Shown here one piece after another: positions 12,401 through 26,524 of a stretch of DNA of 64,000 nucleotides (position 1 is its first letter; each line of letters opens with the position of its first letter). Location: positions 33,108,001 through 33,172,000 of the forward strand of contig NC_043012.1 in the NCBI RefSeq assembly GCF_006345805.1. The letters are read 5' to 3'. The position numbers were made by a program, and so were the translations under genes. Source of the DNA: Octopus sinensis. Its lineage: Eukaryota. The notes beneath the pieces were generated by a model. The model saw nothing but the letters and a program-made list of their open reading frames with translations, ran no database searches and was not told where the DNA came from.

Positions 12401-15400
12401 ACTCATAGACCTTGCAAATAGTAAGAAATTTAAAGATATTTTAACTGAAGCTTTTGTTGAAAAGAAGGTGTTAAAGATATATAACATAGAGGGCAAATAG
12501 AAGGTCTTATGGGAGCTACATACCACATATGATGTGGTTTCAAAAAGTTCTAGGACTAGTTATGTTTAATAAAAAATAATTCATTGAACTAAGTTTTAAC
12601 ACCATCTCCTTTGAAATAGTCACCTTGCACAGCAATACACTGGTCCTAGCATTCCTGTCCAGTTTGCTAAGGTCAGTGCCATGGATCAGAAAGCATGGAA
12701 TAACATTGTCACCAGAGTCCATTATCCAGCAGCACCCACAGTAGCATATTGGTTGAAAGGACAGCCTCCACCCGTGGCCACCAGCTAGGGATCAATCAAA
12801 CATTATCAAAAATCAATTATACTTCCATGTATATTTTTTAAGCCAATTATTCAGCATTGCCCTTCTTCACTCTTTCCTTCTCATTCTAACTGCTACTGCT
12901 AAAGATAATCAAAATATGATGATGTTTTACTTGATTAATCATTACAATATTTATACTAAAACCTTTTTTTTCCAGTATCGTCCACAGAAAGACAGCAAAG
13001 AGCTTTCGATATGGAACAAACTCACCTCTGCATCACAGAGTAAGTTTTTTTTGCCTTTTTCAATTTCTGTTTTTGCTTATTTAATTTTTAAAGCTGTGTT
13101 TGTATTAAAAAAATAAATGGATCAAATCACTTAAGGTGGAGGAAAGTTGTGGAAGAGAGAGACCCAGGAGGGCATGGAACAAATGCCGATCTCAAAATGA
13201 AGATGACAGAGGTCTGAGATATGTTGTGCTTTGTTGTACTCAAGATCCACACACCACAACAGACTTGAGATCCTAAAACCAAGGTGCCATGTAAAACGCA
13301 TTGGTGTGGATGCTGGTACTATGTAAAAAACATTGATGATGGTGTCACATAAAGAAGCACCTAGTACACTCTGTAAATGGTTGGCATTAAGAAGGGCAGC
13401 AAGCTGTAGAAACCAAGCCAAAACAGACTGGAACCTGGAGGGCCAGTTTGGTGGTATAGGCAACGGCCATGCCCAAATGGTGTTTTTTACATGCCACCTG
13501 CACAGGAACCAGTCCAGTGGCACTGGCGACGACCTCGCTCGAATGTTTCCCCCCTCTAGGTGTAATGGCTTAACATATTCAATGGTTTAAATATTAGATC
13601 TCTGACTGAAAAGTCATCAACTGAAGTTATTGGCAATCAACCTTAAACATTCACCACATTAAATTCAACTTTTTCTTCTTTTTTTTGAAGGAAGTCTCTG
13701 GAATATTTTGAAGAATATTGGAATACCTTTCAAGTAAGTATGAAAAATATATTGAAATGTTTTATGCATTTTTATTTTATTTTATATTTTCACATTGGTG
13801 CAGGCAAGGCTGTTGGGACATTTACTTCTCAATCACATAGTTTCAGGTTTAGTCAAACTATGTGGCACTTTGGAGGCACAATGGCCCAGTGGTTAGGGCA
13901 GCAGACTCGCGGTTGGAGCATCGCGGTTTCGATTCCCAGACCGGGCGTTGTGTGTGTTTATTAAGCGAAAACGCCTAAAAACACTACAAGGCTCTGGCAG
14001 GGGGTGGGTGGCGACCCCTGTTGTACTTTTTTGCCGCAACTTTCTCTCACTCTCTCTACCTGTTTCTGTTTCTTGAGTAACGCTGCAATGGACTGGCGTC
14101 CCATCCAGCTGCGGGGAACACGTACGCTACAGAAACTGGGTCTATGAGCCTGGCTAGGCTTGAAAAGGGCAACGTTTATCATTATGTGGTACTTTGGGTT
14201 GGCCAAAAGCTTTTGAGTGGATTTGGTAGATGGAAACTGACTGAAACAAGTCCATTGTTTGTGTATATATGTATGTCCCATGCATACCAGCACTGAACAG
14301 GGATGTTAACTGATGATGAGGATGTGAATATGTGAGTTTGAGTCTGATTGTGTCTCCTTGTCTTTGCATTGTGTGATTGTTGTAAGTCGTTAGCATGCTG
14401 AGCAAAATGCTTAGCAGCATTTCGTCTGTCTTTACGTTTTGAGTTCAAATTCCACCTAGGTTGACTTTGCCTTTTATCCTTTTAGGGTCAATAAAATAAA
14501 TACCAGTTGAGCACTGGCATTGATTTCATCGACTTACCCACCTCCCCAGAAATTGCTGGCCTTGTGTCAAAATTTGAAGCCCATATTCTTCACAGTATTT
14601 TAAATAGATTTATTTATATATATTTTTATACTCTGATTAAAATCATTTGTCTTAGTTTTCATTCTTTCCATTTTGCTCCATTCCAGATCTGGCTTGCCAT
14701 GTTCCCTTCCTGCTGGCTTAGTCCAAATTGTCAACAGTCAGTTGGCTTGGAATATTGCTGTTGGAAAGTGAGTAATCCATTGACTTGTTTTGTTACTGTT
14801 TGATTCATTTGTACTTAGTCATTATGTAAAACTTTATAGGCACAGGAGTGGCTGTGTGGTAAGTAGCTTGCTTACGAACCATGTAGTTCCGGGTTCAGTC
14901 CCACTGCGTGGCACGTTGGGCAAGTGTCTTCTACTATTGCCTTCATATAATGAAGGAAATTATTGTTTACAGCATTCAGATGCACTACAACCAAAAAACA
15001 AAATAAAAAAGCCATCTGGTGTAGTGTTGGCGAATCTCAGGAAGCATGGAAGGTTTGAAGGATGCAGTGCTCCGACAACTAACAACTGATGTTGGCAGTC
15101 TGTTCCATGCTTCAGCAACTCTTGGCGTGACTTTTTCTGACTTTGTAAACATGTCCATGGGTGTTAGACAGGTGGAGTTTAAAAAGGTGCTCAGAGTTAT
15201 GGTTTGTAAGATGTATATCTTTTTGTTTTTTTTTTGTTTTTCTACACCTGAGCTGTTTCCGTTATAATTACACCTTTTTTTATATCATAATTTCTTGAGG
15301 TGTCAAATATCTTGTTTAAATCTGAAGATTAACCAATTTTGTTCTTTAACAATATTGACAATATTCTGACCGCATTATGAGTTATTTCCCTTTGTGGCTC

Positions 15401-18400
15401 TATACTGTATTGTGTACATAACGTGAAATTTTGCTCATTTCTTTTTGCAGATTTGGTCAGTTAGTTGCCATATTACAAGACCAGTTTGTAGAAATAAGGT
15501 GAGTTTGCATTCTGACTTGTGTAGGAAATCAAGCTAATTGTTTGATATACGGTGCATATCTTATCTTTTGATGATTGAAAGTTCGATTTAAAGTCTGAAG
15601 CCTTTTCTTTATAGCTTTATATGGTAGCGTTGGCAGGGATGAATGTATATCGGTTGGGATGAGTTCTTTCTGATTCTGATACATGCTGAAAAGGAGAGTG
15701 GAAAGCGGGATGGTGATGTTGAGGTTTCATGTTTTGGTGCAGTGTGGAATGGGAAGCAAAGTGCTTAGGGAATGTGCAGTTTTGTTTGGAGAGAAAACAT
15801 TTTTGTATCGTCATCATCATCATCATCATTTAACGTCTGTTTTCCATGTTAGCATGGGTTGGATGGCTTGACAGGAACTCGTAAATCCAGGGGCTGCACC
15901 CACCAGGTTCCATAGTCTTGTTTTGGCTTGATTTCTATGGCTGCCTGCCCTTCCTCACTCTAACCACTCTAACCACAGAGTGTGCTGTCTGCCTTTTATA
16001 TGGCACCATCACAGGTGCAGCAGCAGTGCTTTTTATGTGGAACTAGCATCCACACCAATACATTTTACATGGCACCTTTGTTTTAGGATCTGAATTCTGT
16101 TGTGGTGGGTGGGTGGGTCTTCTCAAGCCCAGCAATGCACCACACACCTCGGTCTTCTGTCATCTGATATGTAGTGATGAGGCAGTGTATGAATTGATTT
16201 TATGAGAGCAGGTTGAATTTAGATGAGAAGAATATAATGTTTCTATTGTTGTATCAAAGAGACCTATCTTTGTCATTCATTTCTGATCATCATCATTTAA
16301 CGTCTGCTCTCCATGCTGGCATGGGTTGGACAGTTTGACATGGAGCTGGCTAAGAAGGAGCTGTCTGGACTCCAGCTGTCTGTTGTGGCATGGTTTCTAT
16401 GACTGGTTGCCCTTCCTAATGCCAACCACCTAATAGAATGTGCTGGGTGCTTTTTATGTGTCACTGTCATGGTTGCATTTACCTATCATCAAAGGCATTC
16501 CACATATGACCATTCTGTCTTCTGGTCCCATACATAATGTTCCTTCTTTTATATCCGACACAAGTGTGTATTGGTCTCTATTCTCTAATCTGTTTCACAG
16601 TAGGCCATGATTTGAGTGAGATTTTGCTGCTGTTTATTGCAAGTCAAGTGACTCCATAGAAACTCCTTCATTGGCTTCACAAATATAATGTTTGGAGTGT
16701 TGTTGGGTTAGGCTGGGGGTACAAAGTCAGAGAGGTGATTTGTCAATGTCAGATGTTGAGATTGGTTAATATACTAATGACTGTGACTGAGATGTATAGG
16801 TTGATTGGGAAAAGCAAACAAGTTGTGGGTGGTGAAGTTTTCTAAGAGGAGGAGAGTTGAAGATGAAGTTTGCATGTAACATGAGATGCAGTCAATCGTT
16901 AGGCAGTGAGTTGGTAATTTAGACCACAATAAACAACATCATCGTTTAACATCCGTTTTCCATGCTAGCATGGGTTGGACAGTTCGACCGAGGTTTGGGA
17001 AGCTAGGAGGCTGCACCAGGCTCCAGTCTGATCTGGCAGTGTTTCTACAGCTGGATGTCCTTCATAACGCTGACCACTCCGTGAGTATAGTGGGTGCTTT
17101 TTACATGCCACCAGCACAGGTGCCAGGGGAGGCTGGTAACAGCCATGATCGGTTGGTGGTTTTACATGCCACCGACACACTATAAATGAGATTGTCTACT
17201 GGACCAGCTAGAAGTCTTTGTTTCTAACATTTAAGATTTGGGAAAAGAGTGAGAAGAAAATAGATTCTGTATAAGCATAGAATAGTAATATTTTGAATAA
17301 AAGTGGGTAAAATAACAATGAAATTCCAAACTTAAAATGTAAAATAAATATAGGTTTTATGCATTTCACTTCTGAGTCTATTCTGAAAAATTATTTGTAG
17401 ATCTTCCCATGATGATTACAACAATATAATTGGAAGATCTTGTGTCATGCCTGACACTTGTCCCCAGTGGCGCCAGATTGCTTGGAGTAGTGATGGTGCA
17501 TTGCTTGCCGTTTCTCACAGTAATGGCATTATTGAAATATTCGATATGTTTGGAAATCCTCTGTTCAGTATCCCATCTGTAAGTTTTACTGATTTCATAT
17601 TATTTGTTTTCTATTTCTTTTGTAATATCTTTGAAATATTTTCCTTATAATTTGATGTTACCAGTTTTATAATTCTTTACTAAATGCTAACACCAGTTTC
17701 AACTTTTCAGCAGTTAATACCATTTTTGTAAAATAATTTGAATGTTTATGGAGATGTACTTGCATAGCGAGTGACTTGATCTGAGATTGTGTGCTGGAAC
17801 GTAAACAACTGCAGCGTGGAAGGTGTTTATAAGCCATTTAAGAAACACACAAAAACTGTTAGATTCACTTCAACATTTAAATTTAATTTGTCAAAATATT
17901 TTCGTCGCTTTGAGACCGCGACCTGTTCACTGACAAAACTTCGTGCTGCATCAGAGTTTTGTCAGTGAACAGGTCGCAGTCTCAAAGCGACAAAAGTATT
18001 TTGACAAATTAAATTTAAATGTTGAAGTGAATCTAACGGTTTTTGTGTGTTTCTTAAATGGCTTATAAACACCTTCCACGCTGCAATTGTAATTTGAATG
18101 TTTTCATTAAGGAAACAACATTAGCCAGGCTGTTTTTGTTTAATTTTTTTCTGAAAATTATTATACATTTATTTCTCAATTCCATTAACATCACTTTCAT
18201 CATTCCGTATCCTTCTTAAACTGCATCTTCCCCCTTCACACAGCTCATGCCTTTGTTTTCCTATTTAATTTACTTAACAACCTAGATGTAGCTGCCTTTC
18301 ACTGTCTCACTTCCATGACTCCCATCTCTACCACCTCCCCACCCACTCCTAATATTCTGTTTCTCCGATCATACTTGTACTTGGTTTCATTTCATCCTCT

Positions 18401-21400
18401 CACTTTAGTTTTCTCTCTGTCATCACCTCTATTTTATGTGTGTGTGTGCACGCATACACATGCACAGTAGAGTTTGTTATGTAATTTTTAACCTCCTCGT
18501 TAAAATTTTAATACTTTTAGTTGGTTATGCTCTCACCTGTTTTCAGAAAATCAAAACAAAACCTGTGCTGCATATATGTTTGATCTATATTCAATGCATT
18601 ACCCTCTGATTTCACGCAGGTCACTGAAACATCTTCCAGTAATGTTGGAGTACCCACAGATTTGACACACAGTGTTGCAGGACTTGTGTTTTTAGAGAAC
18701 ACCAAAGTGAAAGATGGGTATGTTGAGCCAGATTTTAAATTTCCTTAGAGAAACTATCTCAGAAGAATGTTTCACATAATATCATTTGTTCACATGGTAG
18801 CATGGGGTTGGCTGGGAAGTTATTTGGGGCAGGATTTGGCTATGGGACGAGTCAGACGCTTATCTTGTTGCCTACTCTTGCCTGTTTTTCCCAAGTGAGA
18901 GATGTCTTAGTCCTACAGGTCTTTGAAAGTGTAGTGCAACTGGTTGTAATGTCAACATCACCAACACTTCAGTTCAACTGAGGTCCATATTGACCCCGGG
19001 ATTCATAGAAGATATTTTGGGGTCCACAGATGCAATATAGTAAATTGGGGGTCCATGGTAATTTTTCAAGGGCCATCGAAAAAATTCTGCTTCAGAACAG
19101 TAAAGTTTATGTGCAATAAATTGGTTACACGTCCCTATTACATAAAATATTTTAATAATTTTTATACAAGTCCTAATAATATTTAATCATAAAAATACAA
19201 AAAAAGATTTTTTAAACATTGAATGGCTATGGGGGTCCACCAGAGTAAAATAGGAATCAAAGGGGTCCATAGGTAAAAAAATTGGTTGAGACCCCTGAGT
19301 TAAATGGCATTTTCTATGCTATCATGGTTTGGACGGTTCGACCGGGGTCTGGAAGCCATGGAGACTGCACCAGGCTCTAGTCTGATTTGGCAATATTTCT
19401 ACAGCTGGATGCTCTTCCTAACGCCAACCACTCCGTGAGTGTAGTGGATGTTTTTTACGTGCCACCAGCACAGGGGCCAGAGCATGCTGGCAAACGGCCA
19501 CGATCGGTTGGTACTTTTACGTGTCACCGACACGGACACCAGTCAGGCGGCGCTGCCCTCGTAGATAGATATGTGATAGCTAATTACTGTAAATAATTAC
19601 CTGTTATGTGAATTTCCCCTTTAGTACCAAGAAATGAAACTTAGTTTTATTTATGGAATATTTGATGAGAATGACTAATTATCGATATTGCATTATTTCT
19701 TCTTGTTTCTTTTATTCTCAGAACCGCACATCTACTAGTTGTAAACTACTTGGGAAAGTTAAGTAAATACCATGTTGACCGTAACAGCACTTATCGATTA
19801 CTACACACTTTTATGCTGACCAGTGAACATCCTCAGGGTGTTACAGGGTTAGTTTATCTTCCACAACACAGTGCACTTATTGTTGGCAGTCACGCTCCGG
19901 TGGCTGCTGGCTTAGATGACAGCATGTCTCAAGCAGAACAATATGGTCTTAGTTTATGGCGTATTCTCTCAGATTCTCCACATTACAAACTAGTCACTGA
20001 CTATGAGCAAGACTTACATAAGGTAAGTTCTTTTTCTCTCTCTCTGTTTTACTTCAGTTATTTAGTTTGTCTTGAAATTTCAAGAACTAATGTTGTAGAA
20101 ATTTTCTGTGAAATTAAAATATATTTATCAAAGAATATAACAAAAGTATTTTTCTTCTTGATTTGAATAATTTTAGATTCCATAAATTTCATTAAACTTC
20201 ATGATGGACACACTTTCATTTGACAACCTGTATTTGTAATACAATTACCTCATTTTGTTTTAGTGCTGTAATTTAGGCTTCAGTTGTGGTATAGGTAGTT
20301 GACTGAATTGATAGTTTTGGATTTCAGTCTGAAGAATTGACTGATAATATCATCCCTCAGTAGCTGCCAACCTTATGCTGTGTCCAAAGCTGATATACTT
20401 AACTTTACAGAGCTCAGTCGATTATGCTGTAGATCTTATATTATAAAAGAGAAGTGGATCACCATCTGTTTGCCTGTTACAACATCTATTAGAGGGAGGG
20501 AGAGAAAGAGAGGAATCAAAATATACATATTTTTAGAAGAGGAAAAGAAAAGGTTGTTGTTGAGATAGAAATACAGCTGTGGAGGAAGAGTGAGAGTAAG
20601 AGTGTGTGTGTGTGTGTGTGATAGATAGATAGTTAGTGTTGTCACCATAGTAACTAACAATTTCTGATTTAAAACACAAGAATTTTGAGTGCAAGTCTGT
20701 CAGCACAACACAACACAGACTTCAAAACAAGGCCATATATATATAAAAATATATATGTATATAGTGATTTTTTGTTGTTGTGTGAGTGTCTGTGTATTTC
20801 AATATATTGATAATGCAACACAGACTTGAAAAACAAATTTTCACCTTGAACAATTTAAGAAGGTACATGCACGATTAACAAATATTTTTACCAGCAGCAT
20901 AGTGACAGATTACAACCTAGTATATATTATCTAGTAGCATGTAGCTAAAGCCTTCATGGTTGCTCTAAATGTTGTCTGTTGTTGTTACTGAGGATCTTAC
21001 CTGAGAAAGCGTTCTTGAACATAGTTATGACTGAATCTCAAAAAAAGCTCAGGAGAAACCTGCATCTAGGATGGTGCAGCAGCTGTATGTATGGATATCA
21101 AAAGCCACATGACTTTTTTGTATAAAGTCACTTCATCTTCTGACCCATAGATGTGATGTCTGCTCTCTCTCTCTCTCTAGTTTCCTACTGCTTGGCCTCT
21201 ACTTGTCAGACACATGTTGACCAGCCCTCTGGAACTCTTTCCCCGATCGTATCTTTCCTACAGGTGTTGAGTTGCAAAATATAAAGTGGAACATCAATGG
21301 CATCAGTCTCAATAGTCTCAGAAGACATGGACACTGCCATTTCTTTCAGACTCAGCAAGTTACAAAAAAAAGATACAATTCACTTCTGCAATTGGCAGAA

Positions 21401-24400
21401 ACACTAGTTGCCCATAGTGAGAGATAATGAAACTGACAAAGACATCCAGGAATTAAGTGATTGAAAACAACAAAAAACAATAACAACATTTATGTTAGAA
21501 ATTTACAATATATTTAGAAATTCTATACAGGATGTAATTTCTGATAATTAAAAATTCCTAATTATGTGATTATTAGTTTTTATAATTTTTGTTGCAGAGT
21601 AAACCAAAAAGTTTCCTCAAGAAATTATTTCTGTTACCAAAATTATCATGGAAAAATAGCAAGGTATGTTTTGTTTTCCATTTACTTGTGTTTATTATAG
21701 AAACAAAACAGCTGAGTGGATAAAGTATTGAATTACCTATGGCTTAGGGATTCAAGTTTTCTGTACACATTTAACCCTTTTGTTACTGTATTTCTGTTGA
21801 GATGCTCTGTGTTTCTTTCAATTACTTCAAATATAACAAAGAATTTAGTAAAATAACTTAGTTATCATTAAGCTAGTGTTAGGAACATAAATTGTGACTA
21901 ATGTTTGTTGGAAGATGTGAATTCAAAACTTATGAAAACAAGACATTTGTACTCAGAGCCAGAGCCGGTTTCAGCCGGGTTGGTAACGAAAGGGTATCGA
22001 TCAAAAAATCAATGGAAATTGTAGTTATGATACCAGTGCCGGTGGCACGTAAAAGAACCATCTGAACATGACTGTTGCCAGCACCACTTCAACCGGCCTC
22101 AGTGCCGGTGGCACGTAAAAAGCACCAACCGACTGTGGCCGTTGCCAGCCTTGCCTGGCACCTGTGCTGGTGGCATGTAAAAAGCACCCACTACACTCAT
22201 GGAGTGGTTGGCATTAGGAAGGGCATCCAGCTGTAGAAACACTGCCAGATCAGACTGGAGCCTGGTGCAGCCTCCTGTCTTCCCAGACCCTGATCGAACC
22301 GTCTAACCCATGCTAGCATGGAAAGCGGACATTAAACGATGAAGATGATGGGTAGAGCACTTATTCTGCAGTGTTCAAATTATTCGTTAGAATTGGTTGT
22401 TAGAGTTTCTGGGAAGAGATCAGTGGTGCTGATCACTCATAATTATATATCTCTGATTACAAAAAAAATTGTCATTGTTAAAATGTATCCTTTGCAAAGG
22501 TAACTTTTGTGTATGAGAGTATGCGTGTGTGTTAACCCTTTAGCATTTAAATCAGCCATATCCGGCCTGAATATTCTACCTGTTTCATGTTCAGGCCAGA
22601 CAGATTTGGATTCTCACACTTATCTTACAATAACATTTTAAAAACAAACAATCATATCATAATTATCTTGAAGCTACAAGATAATGAATGATAGATTTAA
22701 AAGAAGGTGAATAAGTAAGCATTACTTATTTGGCAAAGTAATTTGAATGCTGAAGGGTTATACACAGTACTTAATATGGTTGGAATGTTAACTTGATGAT
22801 ATCTTTTCAGCGTAATCCAGTGTTTTTTATGATCATTTCAATTTGTTTTTGATGAGCTGGAAATTTAGATTTAGATTATTTTTTTTTTATTCTTTGAATC
22901 TAGGATAGTATTTTCAAGATGTGCCTGTCTCCTGATACCAAACAACTGGTGACTTTACATTATTCTGGAGAACTCGTTCTTTGGGATGTTCCATCCTTGC
23001 GCAAAAGAAAATCTTGGTTACATGAAGATCAGGTAATTATGTTAGCATTCAATTTCATCTGAAAATATCTCTGTGAATATATATATATATATAGAACAAA
23101 CTTAAATGGATGCGTGCGTTCCGTCATATAATTACAAATTAATAAATAAAACATATTATTATTATTATTAATAAATAAAACATATGCATATATAAATACA
23201 TTATTAATAAATAAAACATATGCATATATACATACATATATGTACATACCTACATCTACATGTATATATACATGCATATATGGATACAGGACACCAAAAA
23301 AACGTAGAACACAATGAGAAACGAAAACATAAACACAAAACCAAGGAAATGGACATTTTTCTTAAACAACGAAAAAATAGAGTACAGGACATACAACACA
23401 AAGAAAATTCCCCTTCTTCAGTCGCCATGGTTTCATCTACTCCGCGTGTTGTTGTTTCTGGGCAAGATACTACATTCTACATGTTTTTTAGTATATTTTG
23501 TTTCATTTTGTCATTAACAATTACTGGTGAAACTGTTAATGAGTTGTTGAATTATCACTGAAGAGCAGACTGTCTCTGTAACCTAATGACTATAGTTGGG
23601 TATTACACGTTTAAAGAGTGAGGAAAATAGCATGGCATTGCAGATTTTCTACCTATTCAGGTTGGGAGAAATTAATCACTTCTTAAATGAATATTTGAGA
23701 AATATAAGCCGCAATATGGTGAGTGTGGGCTAATAAAAAGAGCCTCTAAGCAGTTGCTTGGTCTGCTGAAAATAGCTAAATAGTCTTCCTTGTTTCATAT
23801 CCTTCCCTCTTAAGAAACAAGGATACATTGGGCCATATAGCCCCTGATCAGTAGTGGCTTGTGTATAGACACTGCGGAACTGCAGCACCCCCTATTTCTA
23901 CTCGATATCATCAATAGCATTCAATATGAGTCCGTTTTTCCTTAATTCTTTCTTTATACTTTTCCGTTATATAATCCTTAAGCTTAATGTCAGTAGCCAT
24001 TCCCTAGTTTATGAAAAAAATGCAAATATCCTTGTATAGAACTGTGCACTTCACAGTTCCAGCGATGTCGTGTTTGAGATAGGAAGCTGCACACTAGGGA
24101 GAGAGAGCACTGAGCTTCATGCAATGCCACCCAGATGTGCAAGGTAGTGTTTCTTTTTGACTCCATGTGTGTTATGGTTAAAAACGTGTTTATATTCTTG
24201 AATGTGATAAAGTGTAGAATTAGATTATTATCCTGCTTCCAGCTACAGTGTTACAGCCGCCAACATTTGAAAAATAGGGCAGATTTTCCCCACCTTATTT
24301 TGTGATTTTAGGGGTGATTTTTGAAAAACAAGGGGGAATTCATGGCAGTGTTCAGTGAACAAATTAAGCACACTACCCGGCAGTGGCTAAAACGAGAATC

Positions 24401-26126
24401 AATCAAGTCTTTGTATAAATTTTTCTTTTTATATGTTTGTTTCCTTTTACACAATATCAAAACAATGGCTTTGAACGTGGCCGATGCCAGCACCGCCTTG
24501 ACTGGCTTCTGTGCTGGTGGCACGTAAAAAGCACCAACCGATCGTGGCTGCTGCCAGCCTCCCCTGGCACCTGTGCTGGTGGCATGTAAAAAGCACCCAC
24601 TACACTCACGGAGTGGTTGACGTTAGGAAGGGCATCCAGCTGTAGAAACACTGCCAGATCAGACTGGAGCCTGGTGCAGCCTCCTGGCTTCTCAAACCCT
24701 GGTCGAATCGTCCAACCCGTGCTAGCACAGAAAATGGACGTTAAACGATGATGATGATGAGCTGCCACTACCCCTGATATACAAAAAGATGGGCTGGTCA
24801 TGGTTGGAATGCCTTTCCTCAATGTTTACTCAATCACTGTTGATCAGATGCTAAGTGTGTAGCTTTTAAATATTTTGGTAGATACTCTGAGTAAACTACA
24901 ACTAATACAGTTTATAATAACTGAATGACAAGACATGCTTGTTTTTGAATGCTTCAAGCCATGTAACATCATTTTAATGAGTTCTGCCATTCCATATAAT
25001 GCCATTCTGCCATTCCATCTAATTTTTTTGTAAATATCTTATTTCTTTCACAGCCTGGTTATGATGATATCAGTCAGGAATTTTTGGAGAATCCTTACAA
25101 AAAGAAATTTTTGAAAGGCAAGTATGATGCAAAGATATAAATATTCCTATCTTCTTTTGTTTGTTCTCTTTTTTTTTTTAACACATCTTAATTTTTTGCT
25201 CTTTGTCTATCTCTTCCTTTGTCTGTTTTTATTCCTTAACCATCTAAAATTAATGGAGTACTACTAATTAGGCATATCTAAAGTTAGTAACGTTTATTAA
25301 CTATTTTTTTTTGTGTTACTACAATCCACTAGTTTCCATGGAATCAATCTTCTTCTTTAATGCTTGTCTGAAAGACAGTTCTGAACACTTAGAAGGCAAT
25401 AGAAACTTATAACTTATTAGCAAAGAAGGAAATGTCACAATCACTCCAACATTTCACTAATTTAATTCCCCTTTCATCAATTTCGATATTTTATTCCATA
25501 ATTTGTCTTCCATTAATAACATTTGGTATTTATAGATATGAATTTTGTAGTTTGTTGAGTTTTGATAAGAGGTATCATGGTTGAGTCCCCATGGTTCTGG
25601 CCAATCACTGGCCTGTTGTCTTAAGGGACAATAATGTCCTTGTTTTAGAGACAGTGTGGTTAAGAGGTTTGCCTCCCAGCCACGTTGTTTTTCGTTCAGT
25701 CCTACTGTGTGACATCTTGGCAAGTGTTTTCTACCAAAGCTCTGGGTTGACCACAGCCTTGTGAGTGGATTTGGTAGATGGAAACTAAAAAGAAACCTAT
25801 TGCATATCTATATGTGTGTATGTTCATATGCATGCATGTTTGTGTGTATTTGTCTTGACATCATGATAGTTGTAAATAAGCATCACTGTTATACAAGTGG
25901 GTTCTTTGTTTCCAGTCTTCTCTGAAAAAAAGTCAGGCCATGGGGAAATGTTACCTTGCTTTGAAACGATTGAAGGTTGGCAACAGGAAGGGCATCCAGC
26001 TGTAGAAAATTTGCTACATTGTATTTTACCTGACCTGTGTAAGCATGGAAAAATGGATGTTAAAACAATGATGATAATCATATTTTGATAATCATATTCT
26101 GATACTCACATATAGTTTTATGATTA

Positions 26127-26164
<38 letters not shown>

Positions 26165-26486
26165 GTGTGATCGTTACCAGCTTGACCTTACTGGCACTCG
26201 AGCCCCATGCTAGTAGGGTATTAAGAGAACCTGTGCCGGTGGCATGTGTAAAAGATTTGAGCGAGATCATTGCCAGTACCGCCTGACTGGCCCCATGCTG
26301 GTGGCACGTAAAAGCACCCACTACACTCTCGGAGTGGTTGGCGTTAGGAAGGGCATCCAGCTGTAGAAACTCTGCCAGATCAAGATTGAAGCCTGGTGCA
26401 GCCATCTGGTTCACCAGCCCTCAGTCAAAATCGTCCAACCCATGCTAGCATAGAAAGCAGACGTTAAACGATGATGATGATGATGA

Positions 26487-26524
<38 letters not shown>

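Noticed and set aside
13872-13950. tRNA genes (A/B boxes in families B, C, D, E)
   Set aside because: No complete cloverleaf seen; each continues into a SINE body
19000-19297. hAT-like MITE (ends ggttgagacccctg)
   Set aside because: Only one plausible terminus; no matching left TIR or 8-bp TSD found
23290-23450. Hammerhead-like CTGAAGAAG on the - strand in a Penelope-like remnant
   Set aside because: Could not form stem II with a following GAAA
25118-25127. Canonical GT donor at 25122 for exon 11
   Set aside because: It puts exon 12 out of frame and loses the conserved LIDINWW; the GC donor at 25118 fits
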